Source of the DNA: a virus
Virus record (IMG/VR): IMGVR_UViG_3300025770_000656
Strand: one strand, 5' to 3'
Length of the DNA: 64,000 nucleotides
The notes under the pieces are model-generated. The model ran no database searches, was not told the DNA's origin, and was given only the letters and a program-made list of their open reading frames with translations. Shown here in pieces: positions 51,756 through 61,060 of the stretch. Each line of letters begins with the position of its first letter. The first letter of the stretch is position 1. The position numbers and the translations under genes were made by a program.

Positions 51756-52397
51756 ATGGCTAGAATTGAACGTGTAACTGGAAATTTAACTCTTGACCCC
51801 ACTGGCGATTTGGTCGTTTTAAGTGATGTTAATATTACTGGCGACTTAACTGTCACTGGTGCAACAGCTACTATTACCACTACTAACACTGCTATTAAAG
51901 ACAGACAGATTGTTTTAAATGATGGTGAGACAGGTACTGGAGTTACAGGAAGATATGCCGGTTTAGAAATTGAACGAGGCAGTACTGCTAATAGCTTATT
52001 TGTGTTTGATGAAAATGATGACAAATGGAAAGTAAGTACTGACGGCGGTTCAAGCTATAATAATCTTATGGTCACTAGTACATCTGGTTTAACACAAGTT
52101 GTAGACGATACATCACCACAACTTGGTGGAGACTTGGATGTGCAAGGTAATAATATTGTTACAGCTACTAGTAACGCAGATATTAACTTAATACCTAACG
52201 GCACTGGCAGAGTATCAGTAGAAGCTCCAGTAAAACTTAATGATCAATCAGTAGCACCAAGTTCAGTTGTTGGCGCAACATTAATGTATGCTGGAACACA
52301 AGGCGGTGGCGGGACTGGTATTTATTTTAACGATAGCGGCACAGTAGATGAGCTTGTGAGTAAAAGCAAAGCTATCGTTTACGGATTAATTTTTTAA
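51756..52397 (+). CDS. Virion structural/fibre-like protein
   Basis: GDLTVTGATATITTTNTAIKDRQIVLN, GLEIERG, PQLGGDLDV; GATAAATA at 51722-29 upstream. Confidence 0.65.
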   Translation: MARIERVTGNLTLDPTGDLVVLSDVNITGDLTVTGATATITTTNTAIKDRQIVLNDGETGTGVTGRYAGLEIERGSTANSLFVFDENDDKWKVSTDGGSSYNNLMVTSTSGLTQVVDDTSPQLGGDLDVQGNNIVTATSNADINLIPNGTGRVSVEAPVKLNDQSVAPSSVVGATLMYAGTQGGGGTGIYFNDSGTVDELVSKSKAIVYGLIF

Positions 52398-52409
52398 AGG
52401 AATAAAAAT

Positions 52410-52718
52410 ATGGCAATATCGCAAGCAACATTAGGAACTGGTGCAACCACAATATTTACTTCAAGTGGAAGTAATGCAACCACTGCTATGTTTTTTATGA
52501 ATGATAACGTATCAGCTAGGACACTTAATGTTCATGTTGTTCAAAGTGGCGGAACTGCAGGTACTACTAACCAAATCATCAAAGCAGTTAACATTGACGG
52601 TGGTGACACATACGTTATTAACACTGAGAAACTGGTACTAGGAAATGGTGATACTATACAAGCAAGTGCCAGTGCTGGATCTAGTATCTATGCTACAGTT
52701 AGTCATGTGAGTATCTAA
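52410..52718 (+). CDS. Small virion structural protein
   Basis: 102-aa beta-rich ORF (EKLVLGNGDTI) in the late operon. Confidence 0.6.
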   Translation: MAISQATLGTGATTIFTSSGSNATTAMFFMNDNVSARTLNVHVVQSGGTAGTTNQIIKAVNIDGGDTYVINTEKLVLGNGDTIQASASAGSSIYATVSHVSI

Positions 52719-53167
52719 TGGCTGGATTTGTAAAAACAAAGAGTACTGCTGACGGTGGTTCTACATTAAAACAATCAGAGCAAGCTATTACGATTCCAAC
52801 AGGCGGTACAGCAAATAGAACATCAGCACCAGTTGCTGGAGAATTTCGCTTCAACACAGATTTAAGCAAAATGGAATTTTATGACGGAGCAGCATTTAAA
52901 ACTATTCCATTTCAAGGAACTTCAGCTATTACACAAGATTCATTTACTGGCGATGGTTCAACAGTAGCATTTACTATGAGTACAAGCGTAACAGGTAACC
53001 AAGAGCAACGTGTAGTTGTAGCAGTTGGTAATGTTTACCAAAATCCAGCAACTGCATATACTGTAGTTGGTACTACTATTACATTTACTAGTCCACCAGG
53101 AAGCAGTGAATCTATTGTTGTTATTCATGGTTTAGACAGCAACGCTGCAACAACTAGCGTACCTTAA
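52718..53167 (+). CDS. Virion structural protein
   Basis: IPTGGTANR...GEFRFNTD...EFYDG plus an FTGDGSTVAFT module; coupled to the upstream gene. Confidence 0.6.
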   Translation: MAGFVKTKSTADGGSTLKQSEQAITIPTGGTANRTSAPVAGEFRFNTDLSKMEFYDGAAFKTIPFQGTSAITQDSFTGDGSTVAFTMSTSVTGNQEQRVVVAVGNVYQNPATAYTVVGTTITFTSPPGSSESIVVIHGLDSNAATTSVP

Positions 53168-53185
53168 TACACATTTTCCCTAATG

Positions 53186-53193
53186 TATAAATA
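53186..53193 (+). promoter_or_regulatory. T4 late promoter (perfect TATAAATA)
   Basis: Exact T4 late consensus in the gap before the 53262 start. Confidence 0.7.
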
Positions 53194-53261
53194 ACTATAA
53201 TACAAACCCTGGCACCTTGGATTGTAAATGGTGTACGCAAGATAGCGAAAGGAATCTAAAT

Positions 53262-56105
53262 ATGGCTATTAGTCGTATTGGCGGTAGAGCATTAAAAGCA
53301 AACTTAGAACGAGACTCCAATCTTGCGTTTAATACAACAACATTAGTAGTAGATTACACAAATGGAAGATTAGGTGTAGGTACTGCTTCTCCTTCCCAAA
53401 CTATAGATATAACTGGTAGTGCTAATATTAGTACAGCATTAACTGTGGGCGGACTACAGCTTAAAGATAACAATATTACTACTACTCGTAGTAATGATAA
53501 TTTAATTCTTGATGCAAGCGGTACAGGAAAAATTAAATTACTTGGTGATTTAGTTATTAATGATGGACTTGCCATCAGTGCTATTCTTGATGAAGATAGT
53601 TTTTCTACAAATAGTGCTACTGCATTGGCTACTCAACAAAGTATTAAAGCATATGTTGATGCAGCGGCCGCGCCAAATGGTATGCAAGTACAGTTAGGAA
53701 CTTCTACTGATTCTAGTGTAGTAGATGGAGCAATACAAAGTCTAACTACGACAACATATGTTACAAATGCTATTGATGAATTAAATGAAGGACTAGAGAA
53801 CGTCCGTGCTGATACTTTTGTTAAAAGTACAACATTTACGGCAAATACAACCTCAGGACCTGCTGGAACGGCAGTTACGTTAACAATTACAAGCGTTGGT
53901 AATCCAAACAGATATGATATCACTTGGGGTGATGGAAATTCTACATCAGGTACTACAGATAGTACCCCAACTCATACATATTCATCTAATAGTGGAAGTC
54001 CTTTTGATGTAACAGTAAGAGCATACAATAATGGAGGCAGTGGCACTGGTAGTGAAGCAAGTTTAACAAGAACAGATTATATAACAATCTATACTGCAAC
54101 ACCCGTTGTGGGATTTGGTTTCTATAGAGCAAGCTCAGGTGGTAGTGTACTTTCAGGTAATGATATCTATGTTGTTGAAGGTAATAGTCTTTATATGGCA
54201 AACACAACAACAAACATTGGTGGAGCTACGGTAGACTATACTATGAATTGGGCTGATGGATCTAGCAATGATGCAATAGCTAATGATAGTGCAGCAGGTG
54301 GTACTGCCGGTGCAAGATTATCTCATTCTTGGGGAGCAGGTACAAATAGTGGTACTGGACGAGATACTACTACATTAACATTGAACAACCATAGCACTGC
54401 CGCTCCAGCTGATATTCCTGCTAATGGTACTGTATCATTAAAGGTTTATGATGATTTTCCTGCGGCCCCAAATAATTTAAGTTCAAAAACTATAGCAATG
54501 AATGCAACAACAGGAACGAGTCCAAAACTTTGTTCTGGTTTTACTGAAAACGTTGACGGTTCTCCAGATTATGAGGCAGGAGATACTGTTAACAGAATTA
54601 CAACAGTTGATCCTGTTAGAACTGCATCACAATCGACTTTCTGTTACAATGCCGCCGCCGGTGTATTAACAGCATTAGTAAATGGAGTTGCCGACGGAGC
54701 CATTACCATGTCAGGTAGTGATAATAGCGGTACAACAACAAGTTTAACAATAGAATCAGAGAGTGATTATAATTTATTAGATGCAACTGGAGCAGCTACT
54801 TCTTTTGCGTCAAGCATTTATTATCCAGCTCTTTATTCTGGATTTAAGGCAATTATTAGTAAAGCAACTAGTGGAATTAGCGTAGGTGTAAACAGTTTTC
54901 AATTACAGTCTACATCACCATCTCTTGTAAGAACAAACGATTTAGAATTTGTTAAAGATGATGTAACAGCAACACCAACAATTTCAGGTGCAGGAACATT
55001 AGCAGAAGGAACAGCAGGAACTAAACTATACATTTCAGGAATACCTTATTATTCTGATTCTGGCACAGCACCAAGTTTAAATTTAACTGGAGTTACAGTA
55101 ACTAACTTAACTGGCCAATGTTACTCTGATGTTTCTAATCCAGTTGAAGTTGACGCTGATTCTCGATTAGAAGGCAGTGCAGGTTCTGCAATAGCAAATT
55201 TAGATTTTACATATGCAAATATTGACGGTTCATCAACTATGTTAAGCAGTGGAACACCTACTGTTAACGTAGGAGTTTCTTCAGCATATACACTTGGCAC
55301 TCTTGCTGTTCCAGTTACTACATCAGGTTCAGCAAAAACAGTTAACGAAATTAAAATAAGAGCAAGAAATTGTAATGGTGCAGGTAGCTACAATACTTCT
55401 AGCACAACAAAAATTCAAGTTTATAATGCAGCAACATCTGGTTTTGACAAAGAAGACGGCGGGATTGCAGTAGCAGATGCTTTAGGTTCATCACATGATG
55501 ATGACGCTAAACGCATTTTTGATTTTAATGCAGCTACTACGAACACTCCTGCTTTTAATGGTGCAACAAACTTTTATACTAATAGTGTTTATTCAGCATC
55601 AAGTGATCCTGGGGTTGCGGGAACAAAAGAAGCAACTGTTCGATTTGGTGTAATAAAGTATGATGTAACTAATTGGAGTTCAGGTTATTTGCCTGCAGGA
55701 CCAAATAGAAGTGGTGATACGGGTACGCAATACTTTACATTTGCTTTCCGTAGAGCAACCGTAGCGAACTTTGATATTAATATTACATCGAGTGGTATTG
55801 CAGGACTTTGGATTGCGGCGCCTGGAACTGGTATAGATGACAGTTCAGGATTAAATGGTTGGTTACAGGCAGATACAGCATATGGTGGTAGTGGGCAACC
55901 TGGTAGTGACACAGGTAATAGTGGAAATGGTAGCAATGGATGTGCGTATACGTCTGGTGATAGAATAGCAGCAAGCACAAGCCTTAGTGGCGGTTATACT
56001 ATGACATTAGGTACTGAAAACCTGAGTAATGCAACAGCAAATGTTGCTCTTGTTCGTATTGCTCTTACTAGCGGGCAATCTGTAACCGCATTGAGTATAT
56101 CGTGA
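53262..56105 (+). CDS. Large virion structural protein with PKD/Ig-like domains
   Basis: Start placed at MAISRIGG. PKD-like ITWGDGNSTS...PTHTY..PFDVTVRAYN and MNWADG motifs. Confidence 0.7.
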   Translation: MAISRIGGRALKANLERDSNLAFNTTTLVVDYTNGRLGVGTASPSQTIDITGSANISTALTVGGLQLKDNNITTTRSNDNLILDASGTGKIKLLGDLVINDGLAISAILDEDSFSTNSATALATQQSIKAYVDAAAAPNGMQVQLGTSTDSSVVDGAIQSLTTTTYVTNAIDELNEGLENVRADTFVKSTTFTANTTSGPAGTAVTLTITSVGNPNRYDITWGDGNSTSGTTDSTPTHTYSSNSGSPFDVTVRAYNNGGSGTGSEASLTRTDYITIYTATPVVGFGFYRASSGGSVLSGNDIYVVEGNSLYMANTTTNIGGATVDYTMNWADGSSNDAIANDSAAGGTAGARLSHSWGAGTNSGTGRDTTTLTLNNHSTAAPADIPANGTVSLKVYDDFPAAPNNLSSKTIAMNATTGTSPKLCSGFTENVDGSPDYEAGDTVNRITTVDPVRTASQSTFCYNAAAGVLTALVNGVADGAITMSGSDNSGTTTSLTIESESDYNLLDATGAATSFASSIYYPALYSGFKAIISKATSGISVGVNSFQLQSTSPSLVRTNDLEFVKDDVTATPTISGAGTLAEGTAGTKLYISGIPYYSDSGTAPSLNLTGVTVTNLTGQCYSDVSNPVEVDADSRLEGSAGSAIANLDFTYANIDGSSTMLSSGTPTVNVGVSSAYTLGTLAVPVTTSGSAKTVNEIKIRARNCNGAGSYNTSSTTKIQVYNAATSGFDKEDGGIAVADALGSSHDDDAKRIFDFNAATTNTPAFNGATNFYTNSVYSASSDPGVAGTKEATVRFGVIKYDVTNWSSGYLPAGPNRSGDTGTQYFTFAFRRATVANFDINITSSGIAGLWIAAPGTGIDDSSGLNGWLQADTAYGGSGQPGSDTGNSGNGSNGCAYTSGDRIAASTSLSGGYTMTLGTENLSNATANVALVRIALTSGQSVTALSIS

Positions 56106-56114
56106 GGTTAGATA

Positions 56115-57383
56115 ATGGCTATTACTGACACACAAAAAATTGATTATCTTTGGAAAAAGATAGGTTACGCCGCAACTAAAACAGATACAAATGCGAATAA
56201 AAAAGCACCTAACGAAGCCATAGCAAGTCCGCTACCGTTACGTGCTGATAAAGTTTGGAAACTAGCTAGTTCAATACCTGCTACACAACCAGGCAGTAGT
56301 AGTAGTCCTTTAACAGTTTATCCAACATCTGCGCCAACAGAATGTACTGCTGATGTTACAGCAACAACAAGTAGAACATGGAAAACTGGATTAGCTGATT
56401 GGATACCGCCTGAATTTGGTTCTACATATCTAGTAAAAGTTTATGTTCATACTTCAAGTAATGCGGGCTCTGCCGCAGGCAGTGGAGATACATTGTCTGC
56501 AACAGGATCAGGAAATAATGACGAATGGTTCTTTGATTATCAAAGTGGAGTATTACATTTTATTGGTACTAACCTACCTAATGGTATAAGTTTTTCCGGT
56601 AAAAGCGTTTATATAGCTGGTTCAAGATATACTGGTGAATTTGGAGTAGGCGGTGATACTGGTGCATATACGTTTACTGATAACCGCATACAAACAACCA
56701 GTACAAACGAAGAAATTATTATAGAGCCAGCCGGTACAGGTTATGTTGCTATTGATGCATCAAGTGGATTAATTGTACCTGTAGGAACAACTGCACAACG
56801 TCCTAGTGGACAAGCAGGTATGTTGCGTTTTAATGAACAAACATCAGTATTAGAAGTTTACAGCGGAAGTTCATGGGGTAATGTTGGTGCAGGAGGCAGT
56901 ACTGTTACAGTCGATGACTTTACTGGAGATGGAAGTGATACCACGTTCTCACTATCACAAACTGGATCAGCTGGCAGTGTGATTGTTAGCATAAACGGTG
57001 TTGTTCAAGAAACAGATACATATGGAATTAGTGGAACTACATTAACGTTTAGTGAAGCACCAGCTAATGGTGACTCAATTCAAACTAGAAACTTTTTTAG
57101 TGGTGCTACAGTCAATGTTGCAAAACTACAAGACGCTGACGAAGATACTAAGATACAAGTAGAAGAAAGTTCAGACGAGGATACTATAAGATTCGATGCT
57201 GCTGGTACTGAAATAGCAACGATGACTAGTAGCAAAACAGAATTTGCTACCGCAGTTCAATTAGCAAGTTTGACAACTACTCAGCGTAATGCACTTACTG
57301 CTGCCAATGGTATGGTAATTTATAATACTACAACCAGCAAATTCCAAGGATATGCTGGTGGATCTTGGGTAGACTTCCATTAA
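56115..57383 (+). CDS. Virion structural/fibre-associated protein
   Basis: KIDYLWKKIGY, WFFDYQSGVLHF, VPVGTTAQRP, FTGDGSDTTFSL, LQDADEDTKIQVE. Confidence 0.65.
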   Translation: MAITDTQKIDYLWKKIGYAATKTDTNANKKAPNEAIASPLPLRADKVWKLASSIPATQPGSSSSPLTVYPTSAPTECTADVTATTSRTWKTGLADWIPPEFGSTYLVKVYVHTSSNAGSAAGSGDTLSATGSGNNDEWFFDYQSGVLHFIGTNLPNGISFSGKSVYIAGSRYTGEFGVGGDTGAYTFTDNRIQTTSTNEEIIIEPAGTGYVAIDASSGLIVPVGTTAQRPSGQAGMLRFNEQTSVLEVYSGSSWGNVGAGGSTVTVDDFTGDGSDTTFSLSQTGSAGSVIVSINGVVQETDTYGISGTTLTFSEAPANGDSIQTRNFFSGATVNVAKLQDADEDTKIQVEESSDEDTIRFDAAGTEIATMTSSKTEFATAVQLASLTTTQRNALTAANGMVIYNTTTSKFQGYAGGSWVDFH

Positions 57384-58432
57384 GGAACAGTTAACTCGGT
57401 TGTTATAATTGTTTTTAGTATAACTACATTCCCAACATTAGGAATATTTCGTAATATTTGCACTTCAATTTCTGCTAATGGTCTTACATCGTCCATTGCT
57501 TTACCTAAATCTTCAGGCCTGTTAATAACAACGCCGTTGATTTTTTGAATTATATCGTTTTTTCTAAATCCAGCCAACGCCATAGGCCCTCCCTCCTCAA
57601 CGCCATTAATAATAACTAATCCAGTGGTTTTATCTAAAATAAATGCTAGTCCTAGTTTTCCTCTTTTAACCTTGCCTTTTTCAATTAAAGTGTTAATAAT
57701 TGAAACTGCACGATTACTAGTAACACTAAAATTAACACCAATGCTTCCAGTATGATTTGGACTTAAAATAAAACTATTAATACCAATAACGTTACTATTA
57801 GCATCAAGCAAAGGGCCGCCGCTATTTCCCTGATTTATACTAACATCTGATTGAATAACTTCTTGCCAAGTATTTGCAATACGTTTTTTAACTGAACTTA
57901 CAATTCCTTGTGTAATAGACCATTCTTGACCAAGTGGATGACCAATAGCAATTACTTGCTCACCTTGCACTACGTGGTCGCTGTTTCCAAACTTTAAAGG
58001 AGTTAATTTTTCTAAAATAGTTTGACCTTCTGTAGTTTCCATTTTTAAAACTGCAATGTCACTAACCTTATCTGTGCCTACTATTATTGCTCGATGTTGT
58101 TTTAAATTATTTTTAAAACCAATATAAAGCGCAGTGTTTGGTGCGCTATTAGCAACATGATCATTAGTAATTAAGTATTTTATGTTGTTGATTGAAACAA
58201 CAAAACATGTACCAACTCCAGTAGTTGGAACTGATTGGTGCTGGTATAAGTTTGGCAACTTAAATTTTTCAAATGGATTTTCACTATTACTCTTACTGTC
58301 AATAACCACAGTTTCTTGCGAAAACTCAACTAAACATACACTGTCAATAGTATTCTTAACAACATCCTTGAAACTATGAGCACTAACATTACTTGAGTAA
58401 GAAAGTGCCAATAGCACGACCGCTGCTCGCAT
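57380..58432 (-). CDS. HtrA/DegP-family serine protease with signal peptide and PDZ domain
   Basis: Catalytic triad TNDHV / SDIAVL / GNSGGPL; IAIGHPLG; C-terminal PDZ (GKLGL..VEEGGP..AGFRKNDII). N-terminal hydrophobic segment ends in VSA. Confidence 0.9.
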   Translation of the reverse strand: MRAAVVLLALSYSSNVSAHSFKDVVKNTIDSVCLVEFSQETVVIDSKSNSENPFEKFKLPNLYQHQSVPTTGVGTCFVVSINNIKYLITNDHVANSAPNTALYIGFKNNLKQHRAIIVGTDKVSDIAVLKMETTEGQTILEKLTPLKFGNSDHVVQGEQVIAIGHPLGQEWSITQGIVSSVKKRIANTWQEVIQSDVSINQGNSGGPLLDANSNVIGINSFILSPNHTGSIGVNFSVTSNRAVSIINTLIEKGKVKRGKLGLAFILDKTTGLVIINGVEEGGPMALAGFRKNDIIQKINGVVINRPEDLGKAMDDVRPLAEIEVQILRNIPNVGNVVILKTIITTELTVP

Positions 58433-58679
58433 CAAATTGGTCCACATACTTGTTAATCCTTTTCTGTTTTACACTAGATTGTTGTGCTATAACATAATGG
58501 TTACAGTTAGAACAACAATGCATTTGTGTAGGTTTAAATTTCTTACTAGTTTTTTCAAACTCAGAACCGCATCCGTCACACTCTAATACGTAAATTTTTT
58601 GTCTAGTAGTTACTTGTTCTTTTTTATTATTTTTATAACGATTATGAGTGTTTGATTTATAATAAGTTGTTACTAGCAT
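58389..58679 (-). CDS. Small Cys-rich zinc-binding protein
   Basis: CDGC...CCSNC motifs; minus-strand TAAATAC at 58688-94 directly upstream. Confidence 0.6.
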   Translation of the reverse strand: MLVTTYYKSNTHNRYKNNKKEQVTTRQKIYVLECDGCGSEFEKTSKKFKPTQMHCCSNCNHYVIAQQSSVKQKRINKYVDQFDASSGRAIGTFLLK

Positions 58680-58743
58680 TATATCCAGTATTTAGCATGC
58701 GGCTTCATAGCCTATGTAAATAAATACAATATAACACCTGTAG

Positions 58744-59454
<711 letters not shown>

Positions 59455-59464
59455 GGAGTAACCA

Positions 59465-60982
59465 ATGTCAAAACAAACAATTAATGTTGGTTCTAATCAA
59501 GATGATGGTACTGGTGATTTACTAAGAACAGCATTTACAAAAGTAAACGATAACTTTACTGAATTATATAACGAAGTTGGCGGAACTGATCTTAGTAATA
59601 TTAGGTTTAGCGGAAGCACTATTACTACAGATGAAACCAACACAAACATAATTATTAATCCAAATGGTGTTGGCAAAGTAGACATACAAGCTGATGCATT
59701 GTTTAATGAAAATGCAGATATAACAGGAGCCGTAACTATTGGCGGTAACCTAGGTGTAACAGGCGGAACTAGTCTTGCAAGTACATTAACGGTAGGTAGT
59801 ACCTTAGATGTTACTGGCGCAACAACATTATCAAGTACACTGGGTGTCACAGGAACCAGCACACTAGCTAGTTTTACAGCATCAGGAACAGCCGCTATTA
59901 CAGGAACTACTACTCTTTCAGGAAACTTAATTGCTAACGGAAGTGTTGATTTAGGAGACACCAGTGCTGATACTGTTACTATTACTGGTAGAATTGACAG
60001 TAGTCTTGTTCCAAATGCAAATACTACATATAATATAGGCAGTGACAGTTTACGCTGGGCAACAGGATACTTTAATACCATTGATGTAACAACGTTAAGC
60101 GTTGGTGCAACTGTTATGGATACTATTAGTATTTCTGGTAATAAAATTAGTACTAACGCTACTAATGCTAACATTGAGTTAGATCCAATTGGCACTGGTA
60201 TTGTTGATATTAGAAGTAACCTTACTTTAAACGGCAATACAATGACAGGAAATGTTACTGGTAACCTAGTAGGAAACGTAACAGGTAATATTGGATCGTC
60301 CGGCACAAGCACGTTTACTACTGTTGATATTAACGGCGGCGCTATTGATGGAACAACTATTGGAGCCGCGGCACAAGCTGCAGGTTCGTTTAGTCAGGTA
60401 ACAGTTGACCGAGTAGGAATAGATACCGCAACTATCAGTACATCTAGTGGTGATCTAATTTTAGCGAGTGCTGGGGACGTTAGTGTATCTAATAAGAAGA
60501 TTACTCAATTAGCAGCTCCGGCATCTGGAACAGATGCAACAAATAAAACATATGTAGACGGCAGAACTTTCCAACAGATTACTGATGCTTCAGCAACTAC
60601 TACTAACCATGTCACTATTGATAACTTAAATTTTGCAGACAATAATATTTCTAGTGTTAATACTAACTCTGACATTGTACTTATTCCTGCAGGCACAGGT
60701 AATTTAGTTGTACAAGGCGGAATACGTTTACCAATGCAAAGTGGTAATCCAACAGCAGATACAAGTAGCGGTTATGTGTTTAGCAAACTAGACACTAATG
60801 CAGAAGTACATGTTATGGATGGCGCGGGTAACGTTACTAAAATTTCACCACATAATAATACTGGTGAATGGGAATACTATTCTCGTAATGTTAACACAGG
60901 AAAAGTTATGCGTGTTAATATGGAGCGTATGATTAGAAAACTAGAGGAACTTACTGGAGAAACGTTTATTGAAGAAGTTTAA
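59465..60982 (+). CDS. Fibre protein with T4 gp9/gp10-like N-terminus (tandem paralog)
   Basis: [35 protein letters not shown]; fibre repeats; C-terminal DGAGNVTKISPHN domain. Confidence 0.75.
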   Translation: MSKQTINVGSNQDDGTGDLLRTAFTKVNDNFTELYNEVGGTDLSNIRFSGSTITTDETNTNIIINPNGVGKVDIQADALFNENADITGAVTIGGNLGVTGGTSLASTLTVGSTLDVTGATTLSSTLGVTGTSTLASFTASGTAAITGTTTLSGNLIANGSVDLGDTSADTVTITGRIDSSLVPNANTTYNIGSDSLRWATGYFNTIDVTTLSVGATVMDTISISGNKISTNATNANIELDPIGTGIVDIRSNLTLNGNTMTGNVTGNLVGNVTGNIGSSGTSTFTTVDINGGAIDGTTIGAAAQAAGSFSQVTVDRVGIDTATISTSSGDLILASAGDVSVSNKKITQLAAPASGTDATNKTYVDGRTFQQITDASATTTNHVTIDNLNFADNNISSVNTNSDIVLIPAGTGNLVVQGGIRLPMQSGNPTADTSSGYVFSKLDTNAEVHVMDGAGNVTKISPHNNTGEWEYYSRNVNTGKVMRVNMERMIRKLEELTGETFIEEV

Positions 60983-61014
60983 ATATATGGGTTGAATTAG
61001 AAATAAACAGACCA

Positions 61015-61022
61015 TATAAATA
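61015..61022 (+). promoter_or_regulatory. T4 late promoter (perfect TATAAATA)
   Basis: Exact consensus upstream of an AGGAGGAG Shine-Dalgarno and ATG 61061. Confidence 0.7.
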
Positions 61023-61060
61023 AATTTAACTACTGATACGTGTCTTAGGAGGAGCATAAG

